Shown here piece after piece: positions 48,456 to 57,755 of a DNA stretch of 64,000 nucleotides. The DNA is taken from NCBI GenBank assembly GCA_029263095.1, contig JAJCYA010000002.1, positions 32,511-96,510 on the forward strand. The letters are read 5' to 3'. The translations under genes were made by a program, and so were the position numbers. The DNA comes from Acidimicrobiia bacterium (GTDB lineage Bacteria > Actinomycetota > Acidimicrobiia > Spongiisociales > UBA11373). Under the pieces are notes generated by a model. That model did not search any database and was not told the origin of the DNA. It saw nothing but the letters and a program-made list of their open reading frames with translations. Position 1 is the first letter of the stretch; each line of letters begins with the position of its first letter.

Positions 48456-50315
48456 TTAGAGGTCGACCCGGTACCACTGCTCAATGTTCCAGGTGTCACC
48501 GGCCTGAGATGGGTTGTGCTTGTAGCCACCCAACTCGTCGGCCCAGACGGCCCCGGGGTCGAGACGTGCATAGAGCGGAATGATCACGACCTGGTCGGCC
48601 AGGATCTGCTCCGCCTCATGAATGATCTCCGTCAGTTCGTCCACGTCCACGGTCGAGTTCATGTCGTCCCGTAGCACGGCGAACCGGGCGGTGTTGTCGT
48701 CGATGACCGACGACGCGCCCTGGTTGAAGCCCTCCGGGTCAGCACCCTCCACTGCGGCAGTGCCCCAGCGGTAGAAGTTCTGGCCGTCCGGCGGTGCGCC
48801 CTCAGGATCGAAGATGTCGTGAATGCTCACGAGACCTGCGAATCCAGGCGTACCAACCCAGGCCCACTCGCCGAGATCCCAGTTACCAAAGTCGAGGGTC
48901 TCGCCGAAGAACAGCGAAGAATCCTCGAGCTGGTTCTCGTAGACAATGCCCGCATCGGCGAACATCTCGACGAACAGCTGCGACAACGTCACACGGGCGT
49001 CGTTGTTCGAAGTGGTCGAGAAGATCGTCGAAACCGGGTTGGCATCGCAATCGGTGTCGTCGCGGGCGCAAAGGTCCGCAACGAGCGCGATAGCGGTGTC
49101 AGGGTTGTAGTCGTACTGATCCCAAGCACCGAGCGAAAGCGTCGGGCTGAAGGCGTCCACGTACGAGCTCATCGGCTCGACCTGGCCCTTGAGGATCTCG
49201 TCCACAATCTTGGTCTTGTCGATGGTGTGAGCCACGGCTTGGCGGTACTCGAGGAACTCGTTGTACGAGCCCGCGTTCCGCACCAGCCGGTTGTCACCGA
49301 ACTGGAAGTTCAAGTGCTCCCAAATCGGACCCGACAGGACCTCCACCGAAGCGCCTTCACTCTCGAGGGTCTGAAGATCCTCGATCGTTTCAATGCTCGG
49401 CGGCGGATTGATGACGTCGACCTCACGTGCCTTGAACGAGTTGATCAGGGCTGCGGTCTCGGGAATGAACCGGAAGATGACGGAATCGAGGAAAGGCAGC
49501 TGCTGCCCGGTCTCGGCATCGGTCTTCCAGTAGTTCGCGTTACGCGTCAGGCGAATGAACTCGCCCTTCTGCCACTGATCGAATTCGAACGGACCACCCG
49601 ACACCCACATGGTGTCGTTCCAGTCGTTGATGAAGTCCGAACCCTCCACATCGTGCTTCGGAATCAGGAAGCCGAAGATCAGCTCAGCCTGAACGGTCGG
49701 AGCAGTGAGGGTGAATTCGAATGTCTTGGGGCCTGCCACAACAGTCGCCGGATCAATGTCTTCGTAGACGGTCCGGGTGATCGGCAGATCGGGATCCATG
49801 ATCGTGTTGTACGTGAACTCGAAGTCATCCCCAGAAATGGGGGTGCCATCGGCCCACACAGCCTCATCAAGAATCGTGTACCGAATGGTCTCGGTACCGT
49901 CTGCATTGATCGAAATTCCGCCGTTGGCCACGGTCGGGAGCTCCGTCACGACTTCCGGGATCAACTCGAGGGTGAACCCATCGATGTCCTGGACGCCGGT
50001 CCAATACCCATTGCCCACGATCGAAACGATGAAGTTGTCACCGCCCGGTGCGAAGGTGTTGAGCGTCGGAGGCTCCTGGTCACTGGCAACGATCGCCTCA
50101 CCACCGTAAGGCTTGCCCGTGGGGGCGGCCTCAGTGGTGGTAGGAGCGGCGGCTGTCGTGGTCGGCGCTGCAGTGGTAGTGGTCGTCGCTGCCGGTGCTG
50201 AAGTCGTTCCCGTCGTCTCTGCCGTGTCGTCGTCACCGCAAGCGGCCACGACGAGGACAAATGCGAGGAGAAGACCCAGCCACGTCAAGCTACGACGTTG
50301 CCACAGGTGCTTCAA
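48456..50315 (-). CDS. oppA: Family 5 ABC substrate-binding lipoprotein
   Basis: VVAAC lipobox, WADGTPISGDDF.FT, SGGPFEFDQW.KG, RQAVAHTIDK. Confidence 0.9.
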   Translation of the reverse strand: MKHLWQRRSLTWLGLLLAFVLVVAACGDDDTAETTGTTSAPAATTTTTAAPTTTAAAPTTTEAAPTGKPYGGEAIVASDQEPPTLNTFAPGGDNFIVSIVGNGYWTGVQDIDGFTLELIPEVVTELPTVANGGISINADGTETIRYTILDEAVWADGTPISGDDFEFTYNTIMDPDLPITRTVYEDIDPATVVAGPKTFEFTLTAPTVQAELIFGFLIPKHDVEGSDFINDWNDTMWVSGGPFEFDQWQKGEFIRLTRNANYWKTDAETGQQLPFLDSVIFRFIPETAALINSFKAREVDVINPPPSIETIEDLQTLESEGASVEVLSGPIWEHLNFQFGDNRLVRNAGSYNEFLEYRQAVAHTIDKTKIVDEILKGQVEPMSSYVDAFSPTLSLGAWDQYDYNPDTAIALVADLCARDDTDCDANPVSTIFSTTSNNDARVTLSQLFVEMFADAGIVYENQLEDSSLFFGETLDFGNWDLGEWAWVGTPGFAGLVSIHDIFDPEGAPPDGQNFYRWGTAAVEGADPEGFNQGASSVIDDNTARFAVLRDDMNSTVDVDELTEIIHEAEQILADQVVIIPLYARLDPGAVWADELGGYKHNPSQAGDTWNIEQWYRVDL

Positions 50316-50370
50316 GCGCTTTCCTCCTTGTCGATTAACAATGGGACTCGCGGCGAACCTCCGAAGAGGT

Positions 50371-50607
50371 TCAGTCGAGAACCCACGCCAGAGCGAGGGT
50401 TGTGATCGCGAACATCACTGCCACGGCCACAGTCAGCCTGTCAAGGTTGCGCTCGGCCACCGTGGATCCACCAAGGTTCCCCAGTGGGCCCATGCCGCCG
50501 CCGAAGGCGTCGGCCAGCCCCCCGCCCTTTCCCGCATGAAGCAGGATGAGCGAGATCAGCCCAAGTGACATGACCAAATGAACCGCGACGAGAATGCCAG
50601 CGATCAA
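50371..50607 (-). CDS. secG: Preprotein translocase subunit SecG
   Basis: LILLHAGKGGGLADAFGGG...AERNLDRLT. Confidence 0.95.
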   Translation of the reverse strand: MIAGILVAVHLVMSLGLISLILLHAGKGGGLADAFGGGMGPLGNLGGSTVAERNLDRLTVAVAVMFAITTLALAWVLD

Positions 50608-50750
50608 GACGAGTCCCTTTCATTGGCCGGCCCGCTCACAATGCAGGCCGATCGATCGGGAAGTATGGGCGACCCGAGCGCCATTGGCAAGTCACAATGC
50701 CGGCCGGAAGGGCCATGTTTATGCGTGCGTTATGTAGCGTTATACGCACG

Positions 50751-51530
50751 TTATGTTGCCGGTGTCTCGGATTCGGCGTCGGAACCCGCACTCCCCTGCG
50801 CCGCCACCGCTGCGGTCGCCGCCGAGATCGCAGCCGGATCGCCCAGATACTCAGATCCGAGAGCCTCGAGGTTGGCATCGAGCGTGTAGATGAGCGGTAC
50901 GCCGGTCGGAATGTTGAGCAGCGGGATCTCCTCGTCACTGATGCCGTCGAGATGCTTGACCAGGGCGCGCAACGAGTTGCCGTGAGCAGAAACGATCGGC
51001 GTTCTGCCGACGCGCAGCTCGGGAACGATGGCGTCGTGCCAATACGGGAGCATGCGTGCCACCACATCGGCGAGACTCTCACTGGCGGGGAGCAGGTCGC
51101 CGGGAAGCGCCGAATAGCGGGGGTCATGGCTGGGGTGGCGTTCATCGGTCACTTCGAGTGGCGGCGGGGGTACGTCGTAGGAGCGCCTCCAGACATGTAC
51201 CTGCGCCTCCCCATGCTCGGCAGCCGTCTCCGCCTTGTTGAGGCCCTGGAGAGCCCCATAGTGTCGCTCGTTGAGCCTCCAGGACCGTTGCACGGGGATC
51301 CACAACCTCGCCATGACCTCCAATGCCTCCTGGAGGGTGAGGATCGAGCGGATCTGAACGGACGTGTGGGCGGTGTCCGGTTCGACGCCCGCTTCCACCA
51401 GAGCCGATCCGGCGTCTCGAGCCTCAGCCACGCCCCTTTCAGTCAGGCCAATATCTGTCCAACCCGTGAATCGGTTGTCCAGGTTCCACTGGCTTTCGCC
51501 GTGACGAAGCAGTACGAGCGTGTGGCTCAT
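50751..51530 (-). CDS. gpmA: 2,3-BPG-dependent phosphoglycerate mutase
   Basis: [42 protein letters not shown]. Confidence 0.96.
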   Translation of the reverse strand: MSHTLVLLRHGESQWNLDNRFTGWTDIGLTERGVAEARDAGSALVEAGVEPDTAHTSVQIRSILTLQEALEVMARLWIPVQRSWRLNERHYGALQGLNKAETAAEHGEAQVHVWRRSYDVPPPPLEVTDERHPSHDPRYSALPGDLLPASESLADVVARMLPYWHDAIVPELRVGRTPIVSAHGNSLRALVKHLDGISDEEIPLLNIPTGVPLIYTLDANLEALGSEYLGDPAAISAATAAVAAQGSAGSDAESETPAT

Positions 51531-51635
51531 CTGCGCCACGGTAGCCAACACGTGACGAGCTCAGACTCTGGACATCGCACCGCTGAGATCGGCGACTCCC
51601 CAGCCACTGCCGAGAGCGAGCGCAGCGACCCCCAG

Positions 51636-53405
51636 CTACTCCGTCGGAACCCTCCAGACATCCACATTCCACAGTGGTCCTTGTACAGGATTCACCGCGA
51701 TTCCCGACACCGCGCTGGGCCAGTACCCGACACCGACTTCGCCGGCGAGGATCAGCGGCAGGATCACGACCTGATCGGCAAGGATCCCCTCGGCCTCTAC
51801 CAACAGCTCGCGGATCTCCCCAGGTTGGGCGACCCGATTTAGTTCATCGATGATCTGGCCGTAGCGCTCGGTGGCCTCGTCGATCACCACGCTGTCTACC
51901 GTCCCCCAACGGAAGTAGTTGTCACCGACGAACGGAAGCCCGGCGGGGTCGAACAGGCGCATGAAGTCGGCGGCTGCTCCCAGCCCTGATCCGGCGCCAA
52001 GGCGCCAGGCAGAAACATCCCAGGTGCCATCGTCGAGGGTCGTCCCGAAGAACAGAGATGCATCCTCCAACTGCAGCTCAGCGTCGAAACCGGCGTCTCG
52101 CAGCATCGTGACGAGATCGCCGCCGAGGGCAATGGCGGCAGCATCTTCGCCCGGTACCGTCAGAAGCATCGGCGGTCTGTCGGTCTCCAACACCTCAGCC
52201 ACCGACGCCAGATCCAAGTCGTATGCGGCAAATGGCTGGTCGCCGAGGCCGGGGACAAACCGGTCGAGAATCGAATCTGCCACTGCGGTGCCCCGTTCCT
52301 CCGCCAAGGAATCGCGATCGATCGCATGAGCAACGGCGCGGCGAAAGCTCGTCGAATCGTTCAGCGAGTCGACGTTGCGGTTGGCGGGACCGAACTGGAA
52401 GTTGAGGTGTTCCCACTCGCCGCTGGGAGCCACCTGGATCACGACCCCTGCGGCGGCGGCACCAGAGAACTCCTCGGTGCGAGCCTCGGCGCGGTCGAAC
52501 ACCGCCAGATCGACTTCCCCCCGCTCCAAGCCGTCCACCAGGCGTGGATCGATCGACAGGCCCGGTTCGTAGAACCGAACAACGATCCGGTCCAGAAACG
52601 GGAGTGGGGCCCCTTCAGCCTGAGTCACCTTCCAATAGCTCTCATTGCGAGACATTTCGATGAACTGGCCCGGCTGCCAATCACTCAGCGTGAAGGGCCC
52701 GCCCGATACCCAGGCCTCGTCAGTCCAGTCTCTGGCGAAATCGGATGCTTCCACTGCGTGCCGCGGCACGATGATGGAGAAGAGATCAACCGGGTCCGTC
52801 CCCGCCCTCATTCGGAACGACAGCTTCCGACCGTCCGCCCGTGGAGATCCCGGTACCACGGCCGAGTACAGATCGGCCACGTCGGCTCGGATCGGGAGTG
52901 CCGGATCGATTGCCAACCGATATGTGAATTCCAGGTCGCCTCCGGTGATCGGCATCCCGTCGGCCCACCGTGCACCCTCCACGATCTCGACCGTTACGTC
53001 GAGCGTGCCGTCTTCGTTGTCGATGATCGTCCCCGCTTCGAAGGAGGGAACCTCGACGAAGGCGTCGGGTATCCGGCTACCTGTCTCGGGGTCAACGTCG
53101 TAACCCTGGACAAACAACGCGGGAGCGAGAAGATCGAGCACTGCCGCATCCGTGCCCTCGAGGAACGGGTTGAGTGTGCGAGGAGCGCCGCCGTCGGCGA
53201 TTCCAACGACCAGAGTGCCCCCGTACGCTGAGGATCGCGCAGTGGTGGAGGTCACCGGGTCGCCCACAGATCCAATGGTTGTTGCAGCACCGGTCGTCGG
53301 CGGGGCGGGCTCGACACCTTGAGCCCCGACGCAGGCGGAAGCCCCCAACACAACGACGAGGGACATCGCCGAGAGACGAGGGCGCGGTCGTACCAAGAGC
53401 TTCAT
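51636..53405 (-). CDS. Second family 5 ABC substrate-binding protein (OppA paralog)
   Basis: Shares WADGxPI, VSGGPF, WEHLNFQFG, LEDxSLFFGxTLD, RWGT and ILADQVVI with 48456..50315. Confidence 0.88.
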   Translation of the reverse strand: MKLLVRPRPRLSAMSLVVVLGASACVGAQGVEPAPPTTGAATTIGSVGDPVTSTTARSSAYGGTLVVGIADGGAPRTLNPFLEGTDAAVLDLLAPALFVQGYDVDPETGSRIPDAFVEVPSFEAGTIIDNEDGTLDVTVEIVEGARWADGMPITGGDLEFTYRLAIDPALPIRADVADLYSAVVPGSPRADGRKLSFRMRAGTDPVDLFSIIVPRHAVEASDFARDWTDEAWVSGGPFTLSDWQPGQFIEMSRNESYWKVTQAEGAPLPFLDRIVVRFYEPGLSIDPRLVDGLERGEVDLAVFDRAEARTEEFSGAAAAGVVIQVAPSGEWEHLNFQFGPANRNVDSLNDSTSFRRAVAHAIDRDSLAEERGTAVADSILDRFVPGLGDQPFAAYDLDLASVAEVLETDRPPMLLTVPGEDAAAIALGGDLVTMLRDAGFDAELQLEDASLFFGTTLDDGTWDVSAWRLGAGSGLGAAADFMRLFDPAGLPFVGDNYFRWGTVDSVVIDEATERYGQIIDELNRVAQPGEIRELLVEAEGILADQVVILPLILAGEVGVGYWPSAVSGIAVNPVQGPLWNVDVWRVPTE

Positions 53406-53455
53406 CAGGGAGTCATCGGCGCGCTACGGCGCCGTCGTGAGAACTCGTTCGGTGC

Positions 53456-54226
53456 TCAGACCCAGAAACGCACGACGGCAGCAAACTGATCGGGATCGAG
53501 CGAGGCACCGCCGACCAACGCACCATCGATATCGCGCTTGGCCATGAACGCCGCAATGTTCCCCGGATTGACCGAGCCGCCGTAGAGGATCCTCACCGCG
53601 GCCCCTGCACCGTCTCCGTGCGAATCTGCAATCTCCGCCCGTAGGACGCCGACGGACTCTGCGGCGGTGTCGGGATCGGCGGTTCGACCGGTTCCAATCG
53701 CCCACACCGGCTCATATGCGACGACGCTGCGAGCCACGACATCGGGCTCGATTCCCTTGAGACCCGCCCTCAGTTGCGATGTGATGACGGCACTGGTCTC
53801 ACCGGCTTCGCGTTGCTCGAGGCTCTCTCCAACCGCCACGATCGGTGTCAAACCGCCCTCGAGGACCGCTCCGGCCTTCTTGCCTACATCAGCTTCGCTA
53901 TCCCCAAAGATCGCACGGCGTTCCGAGTGGCCCACGATCACGTAGCGCACGCCAAGGGCGGCAAGCATGGGAACCGACACCGCCCCCGTAAACGCGCCTT
54001 GACCCCGCCAATCGACGTCCTGGGCCCCCAGAGCGATCGGGAGATGGTCCGTCTCGATCACCGTCTGGACCGAACGCAAAGAGGTAAACGGCGGACAAAC
54101 TGCAACATCGACCCGCTCGTAGTCCGCGATATCGAGCCGATAGGAGAGCTTCTGCACCATCTGGATGGCTTCCAGATGGGTGGCATGCATCTTCCAGTTC
54201 CCTGCGATGAGTGGTTTACGCCCCAC
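53456..54226 (-). CDS. tpiA: Triosephosphate isomerase
   Basis: AGNWKM, GHSERR, AYEPVWAIGTG, YGGSV, LVGGASL. Confidence 0.97.
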   Translation of the reverse strand: MGRKPLIAGNWKMHATHLEAIQMVQKLSYRLDIADYERVDVAVCPPFTSLRSVQTVIETDHLPIALGAQDVDWRGQGAFTGAVSVPMLAALGVRYVIVGHSERRAIFGDSEADVGKKAGAVLEGGLTPIVAVGESLEQREAGETSAVITSQLRAGLKGIEPDVVARSVVAYEPVWAIGTGRTADPDTAAESVGVLRAEIADSHGDGAGAAVRILYGGSVNPGNIAAFMAKRDIDGALVGGASLDPDQFAAVVRFWV

Positions 54227-55397
54227 GAGATCTCCTCACTGCCTCGACTGCGACCAGCGTTCCGTCTTCGATCAATTCCAGACCCGCTCCTCCGCCGGTG
54301 GACAGGTGGTCCACCCGCTCATGGAGCCCCATCCTGCGTAGCGCCGCGACGCTGTCCCCGCCGCCGGCCACCGAGTACGCAGAGGAGGCGGTGACGGCGG
54401 CTGCGACCGTCCGGGTGCCGTGAGCAAACGCCTCCCACTCAGAGACGCCCATCGGCCCATTCCAAAAGATTGTGTCCGCCCCACTCAGCATTGCGCCGAA
54501 CCGTTCCGCGGTCTCGGGGCCGATGTCGAGGCCCATGCCGGACGAAGGAAGATCGGCCGCCGGATGGATCGCATGCGGCGCATCGGACGCGAAGTGGTCT
54601 GCCACCACGATGTCGACCGGCAGGCTGATCCGGGAGCCGTACTCGGATTGCAGCACATCGCGGACGTCATCAACCATGTCCACTTCGACGAGGCTGTCCC
54701 CTACCTGGAATCCTTCGGCGGCAAGCAATGTGAAGCACATGGCTCCACCGATCATCATCACATCGACCTTGGGGAGCAGTGCCCGGATCACGCCGAGCTT
54801 GTCGGACACCTTGGCACCACCGAGCAACACAACGAATGGGCGGGCCGGATCACCGAGGACACGACCGAATGCAGCCAATTCGTCGGCCATGAGGAGACCG
54901 ACCGCTGATGGCAATCGCTCGGCCACGCCGACTGTTGAAGCGTGGGCGCGATGCGCGGAGCCGAATGCGTCCAATACGAAGAGGTCTGCCAACTCGGCGA
55001 GGGCTCGAGCAGTGTCCGGAGAGTTCGAGGTCTCGCCCGGTTCGAATCTGGTGTTCTCCAGAACGATCACGCGGTCGCCGCCTTCTTCCACCAACCGGCG
55101 ACTATCCACTCCAGCGACGTCGGATGCCGTGACTACATCAAAGTCGCCCAACTCCTGCAGCCGGGCTCCCACCGGGCTCATGGACAGGGCAGCATCATGA
55201 CCATGAGGGCGCCCCAGATGGCTACAGACCACCACGGAGGCGCCCCCGCGACGGAGCGCATGGATGGTCGAAAGCGACGCCCCGATCCGGTAGTCGTCTA
55301 CGACCAGCCCGCCCTGCAAAGGTACGTTGAGATCGGCGCGCACCAGCACCGTCGCACCGGCGAGATCCAGATCGGCAATTGTTCTGAGGTCAGTCAT
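54216..55397 (-). CDS. pgk: Phosphoglycerate kinase
   Basis: RADLNVP, SHLGRP, LENTRF, DAFGSAHRAHAS, GGAKVSDK, WNGPMG, STGGGA. Confidence 0.97.
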   Translation of the reverse strand: MTDLRTIADLDLAGATVLVRADLNVPLQGGLVVDDYRIGASLSTIHALRRGGASVVVCSHLGRPHGHDAALSMSPVGARLQELGDFDVVTASDVAGVDSRRLVEEGGDRVIVLENTRFEPGETSNSPDTARALAELADLFVLDAFGSAHRAHASTVGVAERLPSAVGLLMADELAAFGRVLGDPARPFVVLLGGAKVSDKLGVIRALLPKVDVMMIGGAMCFTLLAAEGFQVGDSLVEVDMVDDVRDVLQSEYGSRISLPVDIVVADHFASDAPHAIHPAADLPSSGMGLDIGPETAERFGAMLSGADTIFWNGPMGVSEWEAFAHGTRTVAAAVTASSAYSVAGGGDSVAALRRMGLHERVDHLSTGGGAGLELIEDGTLVAVEAVRRSRGA

Positions 55398-55448
55398 GAG
55401 GAGTAGTTCACGCTAGACGTCCGCGGATCGGTCCGGACCGGTGGTCAC

Positions 55449-56423
55449 TCAGGCGACCCCTAGGCGTCGCATCACCGCCCCCAGCCGAGCCGGATCATGA
55501 GCCGGCCAGTCGGAGCCGTCGCGAGCAATGTCGCCCAGTTCCAGCCGGATTCCGGTCTCGGCCACCTGGCGCACGTCCAATTCGATCCGTTCTAGACCGT
55601 CGGGCACAGCAAGCGGACCGTCGTGGGAGACGACCACATCGGGCGCCCTGATTCCGGCAATTCCGACCAGCGCCTCGAGATGCTCAATACCGCTCATTCC
55701 CAGAGTCTCGCCGTCCTGACTGGTGAGGTTGCACACATAGATGAGCGCAGCCTTGGAATCGTTGACGGCCTCTGCCATCTCACCAACTTTTAGTGGAGCG
55801 ATTACGGATGTGAAGAGGCTCCCAGGGCCGAGCACGATCTGATCCGCGGCGGCGACAGCTTCCAGGGCCCTCCGGCTGGCGGCGACATCTGGAACCACCC
55901 TGAGATCGGCGATCATCCCTCGCGACAGGGCGATCGCAACCTGGCCCTTGACGACCGCTCCATCCACGTTCGCCTCCAGGTCGAGGCGCTCCTCAGCGAC
56001 CGGAACCACCGCCCCCCTGGTTCCCAGCAAGCGTCCCACCGTGTTGACAGCATCGGAAAACCCTCCACCGAGATCCGACATGGCGGCCAGTATCAGGTTC
56101 CCGAGGCTGTGACCGGCGACGTCCGAATCCGCAAAGCGGTACTCGATCAACGAACGCCACAGTGAGGGTTGGTCGGTCAGAGCGAGGAGGGAGCGTCGAA
56201 TGTCGCCCGGGGGCGGAATGTCGAGCCCCGGAGCAATCCGTCCCGACGACCCGCCGTCGTCGGCGACGGTGACGATCGCCGTCACGGCATCGGCGTAATC
56301 CAAGATCGCTCGCAATGCGGCTGATAGGCCATGACCGCCCCCAATCGCGGCGACTTGCAGACCGTCGTAATCCTCCTCCAGCTGCTGGAGTAACGGCTCC
56401 ACGAGAAGGTCGGTCTCGCTCAC
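55449..56423 (-). CDS. yvcK: YvcK/CuvA (GlmR) family UDP-GlcNAc-binding protein
   Basis: IGGGHGLS, VTVADDGGSSG, PPGDIR, GHSLGNL, GPGSLFTS, HDP. Confidence 0.92.
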   Translation of the reverse strand: MSETDLLVEPLLQQLEEDYDGLQVAAIGGGHGLSAALRAILDYADAVTAIVTVADDGGSSGRIAPGLDIPPPGDIRRSLLALTDQPSLWRSLIEYRFADSDVAGHSLGNLILAAMSDLGGGFSDAVNTVGRLLGTRGAVVPVAEERLDLEANVDGAVVKGQVAIALSRGMIADLRVVPDVAASRRALEAVAAADQIVLGPGSLFTSVIAPLKVGEMAEAVNDSKAALIYVCNLTSQDGETLGMSGIEHLEALVGIAGIRAPDVVVSHDGPLAVPDGLERIELDVRQVAETGIRLELGDIARDGSDWPAHDPARLGAVMRRLGVA

Positions 56424-57286
56424 CGTTCTACGTCCCGATGTCTCGCTGTCACGTCAAGGTCCTCGAGTCCGACAAGGTACGAGGCGACGTGCTCTGCGAT
56501 GGCAACGGAACGGTGCCTCCCACCGGTGCAACCGATCCCGATCGTGAGGTACGACTTGCCCTCGCGTTGGTAGCGAGGCACCAGGAAGGCCAGCAGATCC
56601 TCCAGTCGCTCCAGGAACGCTCTTGTGTCCTCCTGCTCGAGAACGTGCCGGCGCACCGGCTCGTCGAGACCGGTGAGTGGCCGCAGCTTCTCGACCCAAT
56701 GGGGATTGGGGAGGAACCGAACGTCGAACACGAGATCGACCACTCTGGGAACCCCATTCTTGAAGCCGAACGACGTCACCGATACGCGCAACGGTCGCTG
56801 CTCCACCTCGCCTGCGAAGCTGGCCGTTATCAATTCGCGCAGTTCGTGCACGTTGAGTTCCGACGTGTCGACCATCTGATCGGCGCTGCGGTGGAGCCCC
56901 GACAGGGCCTCGCGCTCCTCGGCGATGGAATCTGCCACAGTCTCTGCCGGAACCGGATGCGGGCGACGCGTCTCGGCGAACCGGTTGACGAGGACGTCGT
57001 CATCGGCATCCAGGAACAGCGTGGTCGTGGGCACCCCATCGGCAGCGAGCCGTCGCATCACCAGGTCGAGATCGTCGAAGTCGAGGCCGCCGCGCGTGTC
57101 CACGACGACGGCCAGACGGGTATGCGCCCCTTCGGGGAGATCGGCACCTCCCACGACCTCCGAGATCAGTTCGGCAGGGAGATTGTCGATCACGAAGTAT
57201 CCGAGATCCTCCAGGGCCTTCGCCGCCTGTGATCTTCCGGCTCCGGCCATGCCCGTGATGATGACGAGATGGGGTCGCTCAACCAC
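56420..57286 (-). CDS. rapZ: RapZ/YvcJ P-loop protein
   Basis: ITGMAGAGRS, IDNLP, SFGFKNG, DVRFLPNP, GCTGGRHRSV. Confidence 0.95.
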   Translation of the reverse strand: MVERPHLVIITGMAGAGRSQAAKALEDLGYFVIDNLPAELISEVVGGADLPEGAHTRLAVVVDTRGGLDFDDLDLVMRRLAADGVPTTTLFLDADDDVLVNRFAETRRPHPVPAETVADSIAEEREALSGLHRSADQMVDTSELNVHELRELITASFAGEVEQRPLRVSVTSFGFKNGVPRVVDLVFDVRFLPNPHWVEKLRPLTGLDEPVRRHVLEQEDTRAFLERLEDLLAFLVPRYQREGKSYLTIGIGCTGGRHRSVAIAEHVASYLVGLEDLDVTARHRDVER

Positions 57287-57755
57287 CGTCGGCCTCCATA
57301 TCCAGCAATGCCTGCTTCATTGCCAGGCCACCTGCGTACCCACGGAGCGATCCGTCGGAACCGACGACCCGGTGACACGGGATCATCGGGGCGAAGCGAT
57401 TCTTGGCCATGGCTGCGCCGACCGCACGGGCCGCACCTGGTCGTCCGACGCGAGATGCGACCTGCGAATAGGTCATTGTCGTCCCGGCGGGAATCGCCGT
57501 CACGACTTGGTACACGGCTGTGTCGAATGCGGTGGCCGACGCCGGGACAATACACCCTTCTCCGGAAGGCCAACCCCCAGACCCATCGAAGTACCCGGCG
57601 AGTGCACCGGCCAACCGTTCGACTTCCGCCGGCGGCGCCGTCACGGTCCCATCCGGCTTCGGGAGGCCGGGAAGCACCAGCCGGTCGATCGCACCGGTAT
57701 CGTCCCACCCGATCCATCCCCTGCCGTGGCGAGTCTCATACGACGCCCACGACAT
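57279..57755 (-). CDS. ogt: Methylated-DNA--protein-cysteine methyltransferase
   Basis: IPAGTTMTYSQVA, ARAVGAA, IPCHRVV, GYAGGL..KQALL..E. Confidence 0.92.
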   Translation of the reverse strand: MSWASYETRHGRGWIGWDDTGAIDRLVLPGLPKPDGTVTAPPAEVERLAGALAGYFDGSGGWPSGEGCIVPASATAFDTAVYQVVTAIPAGTTMTYSQVASRVGRPGAARAVGAAMAKNRFAPMIPCHRVVGSDGSLRGYAGGLAMKQALLDMEADGG

